The notes beneath the pieces were generated by a model that saw only the letters and a program-made list of their open reading frames with translations, was not told the DNA's origin and did no database searches. Below are positions 27,777-41,551 of a DNA stretch of 64,000 nucleotides, piece after piece. The DNA is from the human T2T-CHM13v2.0 reference genome, Homo sapiens: assembly GCF_009914755.1 (NCBI RefSeq), contig NC_060944.1. One strand, written 5' to 3'. A program made the translations under genes and the position numbers. Position 1 is the stretch's first letter, and the number at the start of each line of letters is the position of its first letter.

Positions 27777-28074
27777 GGCTGGGCACAGTGGCTCACACCT
27801 GTAATCCCAGCACTTTGGGAGGCCAAGGCAGGCGGATCATTTGAGGTCTGGAGTTCAAGACCAGCCTGACCAACATGGTGAAACCCCGTCTCTACTAAAA
27901 ATACAAAAATACATTAGCTGGGTGTGGTGGCGTGCACCTGTAGTCCCAGATACTCAGGAGGCTGAGGCAGGAGAATCGCTTGAACACGGGAGACAGAGGT
28001 TACAGTGGGCCAAGACTGCACCACTTGCACTCCAGCTTGGGCAACAGAGCGAGACTCTGTCTCAAAAAAAAAAA
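27777..28074 (+). mobile_element. AluS element
   Basis: Diverged TSD aaaggggcgccatctt / aaagaggagccatctt. Confidence 0.96.
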
Positions 28075-28858
28075 GAGGAGCCATCTTAAAACCATGATGA
28101 TAGTAACTTGGCCTTTGGGGCAACTGAAGGAAACTGTTTTTCTCCACTCTCTCTTGTCTCTCACCTTCTGTCTTCCCACTTCTCTCATTTACTGACAGAT
28201 AATTTCTCCTCTCTCTTAGGCCCACCTGGGGTCCCCAGCCCCCCCTCTCAGATCTCACTTAATCTTCTGCCAGACCTCTGAGCTAGAAAAGTTTATCTCA
28301 TCCATTAGCCAATCTGGAACCAACCTGTCCTTCCCCATGGACCTGTGTGGCTTAATTAGAGACAGACACACAGCGAGGGAGAAATCAGTTGGAGGCCTGT
28401 TGCTGCTCCATTTGGGGTACTTGCTACCCAAGCAGACCTGGCAAAGCTAGCATTTATTGGCACAGGGAAAAGCAGGAAGGAACCAAGTCTCACAGTTCAT
28501 CCTCCACCTTCAGGGTTTTTGATCTTCTCACCCTGCGTGTTGATCTCTTATGTCACTTGCTCAGTGTGCAGCTTCCTTCACCCAGGGACCCAGAGGGTGA
28601 GGAGCTCTGCCTTCCCTCACGGTGTTATCATAGGGGCATTCCTGAGGAGTGGGTGACCACTCAGAGGGTCTCCCCATGCTGGATGGGAGGCCTTGGAGCT
28701 CATTCGCTGTTGATCTGATTGTGCTTTTCCAAGATAAAAGTGCACTCTTTGAGAGCGCTGTGTTTCCTGGAAAGCATCTCCCATTGCCAAAGTACCATTC
28801 AGAATGATAGCTCCTTACCGACTATCAGCCACTGTTCCTCACCTTCTCTTGGTGAGAG

Positions 28859-29040
28859 CAGAGGTTCTCAGATGTGAGCCTGCAGAGAATCGCCAGGAGG
28901 CCTTGCTCAAACACCTGCTGCTGGGCCCCACCCCAGAAGCTCTGATTCCACAGGGGATAGGACCCGAGAATCAGCATTTTAAACACATTTCCAGGCGATT
29001 CCAACACTGCTGGCCTGGGGCCCCCATTTTGAGAACACAT
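28859..29040. mobile_element. MER5A
   Basis: gaggttctca...ctgggccccaccccagaagctctgattc...attttgagaac. Confidence 0.8.
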
Positions 29041-29227
29041 GAATTAAATTAATAACTCAGTATCATTATCAGTTTTTCTGTGAGCTCAGCTAGGAAACAA
29101 TGGGCTAGTTCAGATATCTTAAAATTTAAAAAAAAGCTAAAATTAAAATAACACATACACATCCATATCCATATATATATATATATGTGTGTGTGTATGT
29201 TTATACACACACATAAAAACACACTTA

Positions 29228-29625
<398 letters not shown>

Positions 29626-30214
29626 TTAAATATGTGTATATATAAGTATAAACAGATGTATATACAAATAGAAAATATTTGAATTCATATTTGACTTTGA
29701 AGAAAAGCAAGCAGATTCAGAAAATGTTCAGAATCAGAATTGAATTCAAGAGAGCAAAATACCTGCCCCCCGCATCTCCTGCTGAGCCTCATTTCTGCAC
29801 CTGCTTCCTAAACCCCCGCTGCTCTCTGTTGCTTTGCCAGGGCTGCTCCTTGGTGCACTTGCTGGGTGCTCAGTGGTGACTTGGTCACAGGCAGGTGGCA
29901 AGAGCTGTTGGTACCTCCAGCACAGTCTCTATATTCTCTCTCTGGGCAAAGGGAGAAGCTGGGCACTACCCATGATATCACTCAGAGGCAGATGACTGTG
30001 CCATCCTGTGCCAGGACTCGGGGTCACCACACAGGTAAGGGCCAACACAGGAACAGAGCCAGGGAGAACTTTTCCACCTCTGCCAGAGCTTCTTCTCATC
30101 CTTCCACATCCCAGAATCCACACATGGTTCGAGAGATGTAGGAGGAGTCAACTGTGGCCACACTTATTGGGCATTGAAATCCTGTTTGTCATTCCTTCCT
30201 TTTCCATCTATTCA

Positions 30215-30930
30215 TTGTCCCTTCCATTCATTCAGAGAGCATTTAGTGAGGTCCTACTCTGTACTGGGCTCTAGGCCAAGTGCTGAGGCACAGAAGTGAC
30301 AGAACAGACACGGTCCCTGCCTCATGGTTCTGACATCCTGGTAGGGGCCACAACACAGAAGAAAGCCCATAAATAGAATAATTTCAGCTAACAAATACTA
30401 CAAATTAAATAAGCAGAATGATAGAGGGGAGCTTTTAAAGGGTGGGAAAGAACACTGGTTATATAAGATGATCAGGGAAGTCCTCTCCCTCTGGAGGTGA
30501 CATTTAAGCTGAGACTTGAAGGATAGAAGAGAGAATGATGGCAACCTGGACTAGGACAGTGGCAGAGGAATTTGAAAAAATGGATAAAATGCTCTTTTTG
30601 TTGTTAGCAAGTAATAAGGGACTTGAAGATGTTAACATGGCTAATGTAATTTACCCCATTGTACAGTTGAGTTTACAGTTCAGTCATTATTTGTGTGTGT
30701 GTTTTTAGCCAGAAACTGGACAAAAATAAGTAAATGTCTAATAATTTATAGAAAAAGAAAAGAAGTATATATATGGTAGAGAAGTAATGAGGAGCAAGGA
30801 GGGATTAACTCTGCTGAAGATCAGGGAAGGTTTACAGAGAAGGCAGTATCTAAATAAGGTTTTAAAGGATGCATAGGAGTTTTCTATGTGGATAAGGGAA
30901 GGAAAGACTTTGCAGGTAGAGTAGACAGAA
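30215..30930 (-). mobile_element. L2 fragments
   Basis: cattcattcagagagcatttagtgaggtcctactctgtactgggc...ggaggtgacatttaagctgagacttgaagga. Confidence 0.7.
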
Positions 30931-31406
30931 AGAAGTGCGACACTAGGGCATCTATTAGCACTTATAAGCCTCTATATGAATTACAACAAGTCATTCCCTC
31001 TGGGAAGACAATATCACTTCCTTCATTCTCAACTTCAGCCATTACTTGCCCCCTCATCAGACATCTTTGCACCATGCACAAATTGTACAATGTACATGGC
31101 ATGGTAGACCTAAGTGAAACTACAAGGGGTCCGCTGTGCCCCTGCCTATCAGGCTTTGAAATCCTGTTTGTTCATTCAGCCCACCAACCAGCCATTCATT
31201 CATTCAGAGGATATTTAGTAAAGTTCCTGGGGTTTTTTTTTTGGTGTGACTGCAGTTATAAAGAGGGAAAGACCATTTGTAATTTAGTCATGGAAAACCG
31301 TGAAGATCCACCAGGCAGTGATACCCAAGCAGCCAGTAGGAGAGCATCAGGCTGGGAGTTCGAAACCCTGTGTCCTGGGCCCTGGCTTGTGCCACCTTCC
31401 TCTTCA

Positions 31407-31721
<315 letters not shown>

Positions 31722-32039
31722 GATCCTCTAGATTATGCTTTGTAAAAATGGAGAGTTGAATCCCAAAACCCATCTTGTGCCCTGCCCCCACCAGGCAGGT
31801 CCAGCATGACTATTCTCAGGACTAGTTGTATTTTAATAGGGGATCATGGGATCATGGAGATAAAATGGCTTTAAAATCAAATGACTGAAACACTGACCAC
31901 GTCTTCCATCCTCAAGGTGGACCTTTTTGGAGAGGCTGGCAATGGTGGTGTTGGTCCTTTCTCTGTATTCTGAGCACTCTCTTTACACTGAGATTGTTGG
32001 AAGAGGTATTCACTCTCCCCGACAGCTGTTTACACCCCT

Positions 32040-32192
32040 AGTAAGTATGAGCCAGGTGACTTTGGCAGGATTCCAAACCTCAGTTTTCTCATCTGTACAA
32101 TGGGGGTGATGATAATTATATCCACCCAGTGGGAAGCTTTGAAAGCCAATCGGTAGAAGTGATACGTAAAAGTGTTTGAGCAAGGCTGGCAT
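32040..32192 (+). mobile_element. MIR
   Basis: cctcagttttctcatctgtacaatgggggtgatgataat. Confidence 0.7.
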
Positions 32193-32525
32193 GGAGAGGA
32201 CATTTGAAAAAGGTGGAGGAGGTGGAGGTGTGGCTGTCACTAGGGAAGATAGGAGCTGGGCCTGAGGGGAAAAAACAGTGAAGAGAAAATGTAACAATGT
32301 GAAAGTGAGTGCTAGAAAAGTCTAATGAGAGAAGAGAATAATAAAGAGGAGAAAAGAAGTGTTTTTACCACACAGATGCTACCCATTTTACTGGTGAGAA
32401 AGCTCGAGCCACAGGGAAATAACATGCTCAACATGAAGCTCCTCTTTTTTCAAACACTATATTTTCCTGTATGTCTTATTGGCTGGAAAATAAAATAACA
32501 GTAACAGAGAAGCTTGGCTTCTTTA

Positions 32526-32762
<237 letters not shown>

Positions 32763-33416
32763 GGCCTGGTTCTCTGCGTCTTCCTCAGTTCTCTGCCTCA
32801 TCTGACCCACTGAATAGCTCTCATGTTTACATAGTGTACTATGTGCCATTTCATTCCTAACTTCTCCCCTCTCGAATCAGTGATAATCCATTGTTTTTAT
32901 CATCACTATATCTATGGGTTTTGTTGACGAGACCTGATTAACCCTAAAAAGTCATTACACTGCACAAGTAAAGCAGTGTTGGGGTGGACTGTTATCTAGA
33001 TGTGTATTTTCCTTAAAAAAAAAAAAAATGAGGCCAGGACTTCCCCTACCAAACCAAGTCAGGGAGCAGAGTTGAGAATTAAATCCACAGTGTACTGTGG
33101 GCCAGTGTTCTTGAGCCAGTCCTCTGAGAACTGTTATTCTGGAGCCGAGCAGCATTTAGGGGAGGCCAGGGAATTCAAAGTGGCTGCAGACTCTCTTGTT
33201 CTAACCAGCTCCAGGGTAGAAATTAGGACAGCACCGTATAGTGAAAGGAGCAAGGATTTCATAGCCTACTTACTATCTAGGGGCCTCTCAGCCTTAATTT
33301 CCTTATCTGTGGAAGAGGGGCACTCATGTCTACCTCACATGGATGTCATGAGACCAGATTTAATGTATAGTGCCTGGAACGGGTGGTATTATAGCTGCTA
33401 TTTCTCCCAAGCATGC

Positions 33417-33828
33417 CTGTGTCCCCCAAACATTCCGTTTACCTCTCTCAATCCATGTTCCACCTTTCTCCATCCTATTTATTTCTTGGGCACATGATCT
33501 GCATGTATTACATCAACAGGCTCCCTTGCTGTCTAGCTTCTGATTGGGTTTGGCCAATGTTAGGCATGGCAGGAAATGAACGCCCACCTTACTTCCAACC
33601 CCACAGCTCTCTCTTTCCCTTTGGTTAACAGTAGCCTCTCCCTGTCCTTGCATCTTCAGGCCTGGAGATGTGAGCTCTCCCTGGCTTTACTGGCCCTGGA
33701 TACTAGAGCATCCTTGGTGGTTTCTGGGCACTTTGTCCAGATATGTTAAATTGTTCCTTTATTAAGCTCTCCTTAGTTACCCACTTGGAGGGTGCCATTC
33801 ATTCCCTGCTCAGACTCAAACTGATACA
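33417..33828 (+). mobile_element. LTR33-like ERVL LTR
   Basis: ttgggtttggccaatg...cctttattaagctctcc...gtgccattcattccctgct...actgataca. Confidence 0.7.
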
Positions 33829-34191
33829 TCCTAATATTATGAGGTTTATATTGAGGAGAATAGTAAACATGTTCTCTGTTGAACATCTCCCCCTTCATGA
33901 CCACATCCCAAAAGAAAGCCTCTGAGAACTTGTGATTCTCTTTTCTCGAACCTCAGTTAACTGAGGTTCTCATGGTAGAATTCTCGTTGGTGAGAACAAC
34001 ACTGGGAGGAGCTGTTTCTCTAGGATCAGAATAGGGAATTGTATCGGGGAAAAATGAAGTGTTCGAAAGGAGTTTGGGTGCCTTCTGGTGCATGGCCTTC
34101 TGTTCTCCCCATAAGGACCCTCACAGGAGGACAAACCCAAGGGAAGTCCTGCTCACAAGCCGTGGTTCTCCATACTGGTTCCGGCTTGTCA

Positions 34192-34612
<421 letters not shown>

Positions 34613-36065
34613 CTAGATAATTTTACTTCCTTACATTGAAAACTTCCACTCCTTCAGAATTTCCCACTTTCTACTTTGCATTTTATATGGATACAAGCAT
34701 TTCTTAACTTCCCCTCTGTAATCTAAATTTGAAGACAAAAACTGTCCAAATAAAATTTTCATAATATTAAAAATGTGAATCTCATACAAATAAAGAAAAA
34801 GCACATGTCAACTACTTAACTAAATGAATGAAAGAAAAGGAAGATGCTAATGACATCTCAGAGCATTTGAGAAACAGATGTTTATAAAGTTAGTGGGGAA
34901 AATGATGATGAAGTAAGTGTGTAAACATAAATAAGACTGATTAATGTCCTGTAGAGCCATAAAACAGTTAGCACTGAGTTATTGTTTCTACTAGACAAAA
35001 ACATTTCTATATCTACAGAATGAAAATCTATAAGTTAACATGTAACTTTTAGTCTGGGCCCTAATCAATAGGAAATAATAAGCCAAGTGAAGATACATGC
35101 TCCTACAGAATTAAATACTTTGGGGCAGGCCTGTGCCCCAATACTAAGTGATAAACTTGCAGTCATCCTTTTGCTTCATTTCCAAGTTTTGGAAAAGTTG
35201 TCTTAACAAGCCATGTGCTATTGGCACTGTCTCACCCTAGCACAGTACCTGATACATAATAAATATCGATGGAGTGTTTGTTGAATGAATCCATGAATAG
35301 AGCTAACAGCCCAGCTTCCTATAGAGAAAGGTTAGCTAAGCTAAGTCAAGAGCCCACAATTGCATCAGCTGCCAGTTTTCCAAGCAGGAATCACACCATT
35401 TCCCTAGAGAATAACAGAACAGCAGTCCAAACAGGAACAATCTGTACAGGCAGGTGGCAAAGGGAACAGGTGCCGGTGGCAGGAGCTTTCTCTTCACCTC
35501 TGGCCATATGTGGCCTATGACAGCTCTATAATTGTTTTACAGTGTCGGGGGGTCCTGTTAATAAATGGGCATTACTAGTTTCTAGTAGCACACAGAGCTG
35601 TACAGGTGCATCATGAAAGCACAAAGGAGAACTGTTAAGTCTCAGCTTCGAGTCTTTGAAAAACTGGCAATGAAGCTATTACCAAAAAAGCACCTGTCAG
35701 TGAAGAAAGTCGTTGGCAGGGCTTTGGAATTTTCCAACAGGTTTTACCCAGCTTTGAGCTAACAGGTAGAAGGATAGAGAGAAAGGAGAAGATGTTCTAG
35801 TCATTGCAGATAGAATCTACATTTCATGCATTTGTGAACCACTGGATTTTTATTTAATCTCCCCACCCTCAATTTGATGTTTTCAGCATTTGGAATAAAG
35901 TGGAGTTTTTTTTTTTTTTGAAGTTAGTGTGAAATAATTTCTCCAGAACAAGTGTCTCTTTAGGATTCCATTCCGAGGAAGTCAGAGCTGAATAGAGTGA
36001 GAGGCTTTCTGCAACTCTCATTCTACCTCACCATGGTCATTTCACAGAATAAATAACCAAGGTCC

Positions 36066-36842
<777 letters not shown>

Positions 36843-37546
36843 GTGCAGAGGTGCAATAACTTACCAAAGCTCACAAAACAGGAAGAGGCAATGCTGGGAC
36901 CCAGACCCAGACCTTGAAACTCCTGGCCCCAGTCCTTTCCACAGTACCCTGAACCCTTTTCAGGATTCCAAGGTTAACGTCCAATGACCTTTGAAACCCA
37001 TTTTAGAAGTACTTGGAGCAGAGAGATTAGCAATAGGTTTCAATGAGGGTTCTTAACTTTAGTGTTGAGAAGAATCCATCTCCTTAATTAGGATAATAAC
37101 TTGGCAAGGGTCCCTAGGCCACCCCTACCCCAGACCTCAGCTTCTGAACTCTGCCATCCATGTCCTTTGGCTTAATTTCCAGGTTCTCCCTCTCACCAAC
37201 AGAACACCAGCCTTGGCCTGGGCCTTATATCCCCTCATTCTATGCAGGGAGACACAGAATCACTGCAGGAGATGTTCGCCTTCTGGTGTCCTGTTCGACA
37301 CCCGTTCCCTCTGGTCGTAGGAGGACTTAGATACTTGGGCCTTTTAGGTGCACTAATGATCTGGTGCCTCTTCAAATTGGGTCCTGGAAACCGAGTCCTA
37401 GACAGTTACCACTCTGTTTTCTTTGCCGGTAATGGAGAAAGCACAACTTGGAAAATCACCAATAATCCACACTCATTAAATATTTGCTCAAAGTTTGACT
37501 TAAAGGGGTGGCTGAACTCTAACAGGGCTGAAGAGGAGGGATGGAA

Positions 37547-37561
37547 GCCCCCTGGTGGCCA
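37547..37561 (-). promoter_or_regulatory. Candidate CTCF binding site
   Basis: Minus strand TGGCCACCAGGGGGC matches the core of the canonical CTCF motif. Confidence 0.65.
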
Positions 37562-40500
37562 CTGGTGGCCTGGCCTTTATAGCCCTGAGCTGGTTAGCTG
37601 CAGCCTGGAAGGCTGATAGAAAGCCTTGCCCTTAACTGGATGCTGAGGATGGCTGGCCTCACACCACAAGGGCTTTATCAAAGTGGTTCTGGAAAGTATG
37701 ATTTCTCCATCTCTCTACATTTGCAGGGATGTTTTAGGTGATGTGTGAAGGGTTTGTTTTTCTTTTTCTTTTTTTTTTTGGCCTAACTCACTTTCCACTC
37801 GTGTACTCTGCTTCTTACGTTTTCTTACACTTGAAAGAATAATTTATCCTTCATTTCAGTTCATTCTTTAGCCTAACAGGACATAAAAGAAATCGGTCCT
37901 GGAAAAGCTACCACTCTGTTTTCTTTGCCAGCAATGGAGAAAGCACAACTTGAAAAAATTCACCAATAATCTGCACATTTTCAAGATCAAAGCAGTTTAC
38001 AGAAGTATTCAAGACACACCAGTGAAGTGTTGATCTCCATTTTGTCAGCCGGCCCCAAGAACCTTCAATGAGGAGAGATACACAGGGATGGGTGGCCCCT
38101 CCACCTCAAAGCCAGCTCCCTACCCAAATGCAAAGAGTTGCCCATTCTTCATTTCTTCTAAAGCCTGAGATAATAAACGAGGTCACTGCCAAGCCCTAAA
38201 GTAAACATCGTTATGATACATTCTGCCGCCATAACTAGGGATTCCTCAGCTATTAGTCAGACCGTGACAGCAGGCTCCATTCCCAAACCAGGACTGAGAC
38301 CCTCCTGAATTCTTGAGCCCATGATGTACCTGTGTCACTGGCTCTCAGGGCTGTCGTCAGAGTGCCCAGCAAAGACTGAAGCATACGTATGGCCGTTTCC
38401 CCTCTGCCAGCAATAGTTCCTAAAGGGGCATTGCACTGTCATGCTTGCTATAAAATACGGCCATTGACATTTGCTCTGTTCCTGCTGCCTGAAGGGGAAT
38501 GATTGCCAACATACACAGGCTTCATGAGAGCAGCAGCTGGTCAGCCTTGTCATCTGTGTCTTCACAGTGCAGTTTTTCCCCAGTGCATCCTGGCTGCCTC
38601 TTTCCAACACTTCTCAGAATAAGTCCCAACAAGCCCCCCACCACCCCCTGCTTCCACTCCTAGGATCGTGGTCTCCATCCATCTTCCTGAGCACTAAGAA
38701 CAAGTGTGCCCCTTCTAGAAAGCCGATTTTATGGTCTAAATCTCACTTTATTCATTCTCCTGGTTTTCTCATCTTAGGAGCGCTTGCTCCTCAATCATGT
38801 TAAAGATAATCAGTGTGCCATTTTCTTCTTTTATCTCTTCAAATGGCAAAACTTTTGCTCTTCCCTTTGAAATACCACTAGTGGCATTCTTGAACTTATT
38901 TTTAGATGTGTGGAACTGTTCCAGACAAAATCGATGCTCGGCACAGATAAAGCCCCGAGTGTGTTTATTGTGGGTAGAAGAAAATGGAGTGTTTGAATGT
39001 GGAAGGCGCACAGCCATGTGCCTGGGTGCAGTATGGCTTCCTTTCATCTGGAAAAAGGAAACAAGCATTGTCGATAATAATATGCAGATGTCCAGCCCCA
39101 AATGAGGATATATTGCTAATTAACTATATTGTTAGTTTGTTTTAAGGAGAGAGGCTGTAGTGACATTAATTATAATCTCTGTTGTTTGTTGTTCAAAGTC
39201 TATGAGACCAAATGCATTGCTAATAATATCTTCTTTAATATCTTCAGTAGAAGATTCCTAGGGTTTTTTTGTTTTTCTTTAGAATCCCACATAAAAGCCA
39301 CATTAGGGGTAATGAGGCCTGTAGCCTGAGCCTAATTAAAATAAAATCTAACTAGGCCCTCGTTACCCAATGATAACTTTAGCCATAATTATCATCAACT
39401 AGTACTTATTTGTTGCCCCCTGAGCTTGTGAAACTGGGGGAAGGAGGAGGGAGTTTGGAGACTGAAGACAGGGCCTGTTCTTTGCCTTTCAGAAATTTGC
39501 CAGCCAGTCTGCCTTCAAGAAGTCTGCCTGATTGTGTTAATCTGGGGAATAGTTACCAGTTTTTGCCTTAAAGAGAAAAAGTACTAAACTTTCCTAGACA
39601 GCCACAATTTGTTACTGATTTGTGCCTCTTCTGGAGGTTCTGAAAGTGGTGAAATCAACCCTGTTCTTCAGATTCCAGTCCTTGGTTGGTGTTTGCAGAA
39701 TAGGGCAGGTGGCTATTTGCAGACTGGGACAATGATGCTTAGCACATTTTTTCCAAAAGAGGATGCATCACTCATTTCCATAGCTTTATCTTCCTCCTAT
39801 TGTAGTGCTCATCCTAATTTGCCCTGTGGCTTGGTTGTCCAAAAAACCTCACTCCCTCTCTTTTGTATTCATCTGCCTGTGTCAAATGACCAGCTGGGGG
39901 ACTCTGGCCATTCTGACCACTCTGACCCTAGATGTGGCTATGGCCATCCACCTTGGTCACAAACACAGCCACGATGAGCAACGCCAGCTATGCAGTGGCT
40001 GGAGGCAGTGATTGGACATTCTTGGTGTTGGACCAGGATGTACTCAGTATAAAGGACACAAGTGATTAAAACGTGTGGATTTGTCATCTGAGAAAAACTG
40101 CACCCAGCCTAAAGATGAGAGGTTTTCTCTTCTTGATTCATCTCAGCAGAGCTTTCCCAAGGGCATCCAGGGCCAGCTGATGAGAATGAGGAAGGAGGGA
40201 TGAGATCCCAGCACCATGTAGCTTCAGCAAACCTCCAAGTGCCCCAGAGGATGCTACCAGAGAAGTGGTAGCCTAGTGGACAAGTCACAGCGCAGTGTGA
40301 TAGAAGGCTGTCAGACCAAAGGCTGGTGGGCTAAGACTGTGCGTTGGGCCCGATGTGTATAATATTTAACTCTGTTATTTCATATGAAAACAGCAGGTGT
40401 CTCTGATCGTTACTCTCACCACATTTCAGCTCTGAAACCCTTTGGATCTATAAACCACAGCTCTGTCAGACCTGAGAGACTCCTTCACCAAGATTGCAAA

Positions 40501-40978
40501 GCTCCTGAACCCCTCCCCAGCTCCCTGTTCTCTTAACCTGATGCATCTGCTGTACGTTTACAAGCCTTTTTTATTTCAGTTCAAACATTGCTTCCTCTGA
40601 AAACCTTTCTTTCTTTTTAATACCAATTTGCAAAGGAAGGAGTTTTATAATACCTACCTCAAATGGTAACAGTAGGTTTTCTGGATTTCTCTCCTTCATG
40701 AGTATCCTTATGGATTTTGATAGATTCAGTGTACATCAGTCAAGTACAATCTTTTTGTCCAAATTCTCTGATCTGTGAGCAATGGGGGCCTGTCAAGCTG
40801 ACTCCTGTGTTCTTTCAAGAGTACCCTGTTAATCATCGAAAGCTTCCTTGCTTCTTGTTGCAGGAAAGTATCCCAAATTCATCTGTGCCTTCCCCGCCCA
40901 AGCTCTGCACTCAATCCATTTGTCCAAGGAATGCTGGTTCCTTTTGGTGAGGAAAAACCTCTTGCAATTGTGATAGTA

Positions 40979-41033
40979 TTTGGTTGGTGCAAAAGTAATG
41001 GCGGTTTTTGCCATTACTTTCAATGGCAAAACC
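40979..41033. mobile_element. MADE1 (Hsmar1 MITE), right TIR truncated
   Basis: ta-tttggttggtgcaaaagtaatggcggtttttgccattactttcaatggcaaaacc. Confidence 0.9.
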
Positions 41034-41149
41034 TTTATAATTTTCTGGGTCATCACAACTCAGAAATTAAAATCCCAAGACGGCACATTGCTACTGGTAC
41101 TGCAGCATTGTCAATGTTAACATTAAGATTAATGATAACAGTAAAAGAC

Positions 41150-41551
41150 ATATGGAGGTCACCATTCCAGGACCAGCGTGATAGCTCCATAATACTATCA
41201 GGGACCTAAGCCCACCATCTGTCCAGTCAGCCACGCTTAGACTACAGCCTCCATCCTCAGGCCTGCCAGCCGCCTCATTTCACGTCAAGCCTTGTTTCCT
41301 CATTTCAGGCAGGACAAAGTGGAAGAGAGAAAGGCAAATGGCAAAACCGAATCTGAAAACTCCTTTGCAGCAGTTCTGTCCAGAACCTTCCACTTACTCC
41401 TCATGGGGCAGAATTGTGTCATATGGTCGCACTCAGATGAAGTGGATGCTGGGAAATGTAGTTTTTGCCAGGTCCACAGCCACCTGAAACAAACACCAAG
41501 TAAGAAAAAGAGGGGACTAGACATTGGGCAGGCAATTGCAATGTCTGCCAC
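41150..41551 (-). mobile_element. MLT1 (J/K/L-like) LTR fragment
   Basis: cagaattgtgtcatatggtc...gctgggaaatgtagtttt...gtctgccaca. Confidence 0.7.
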
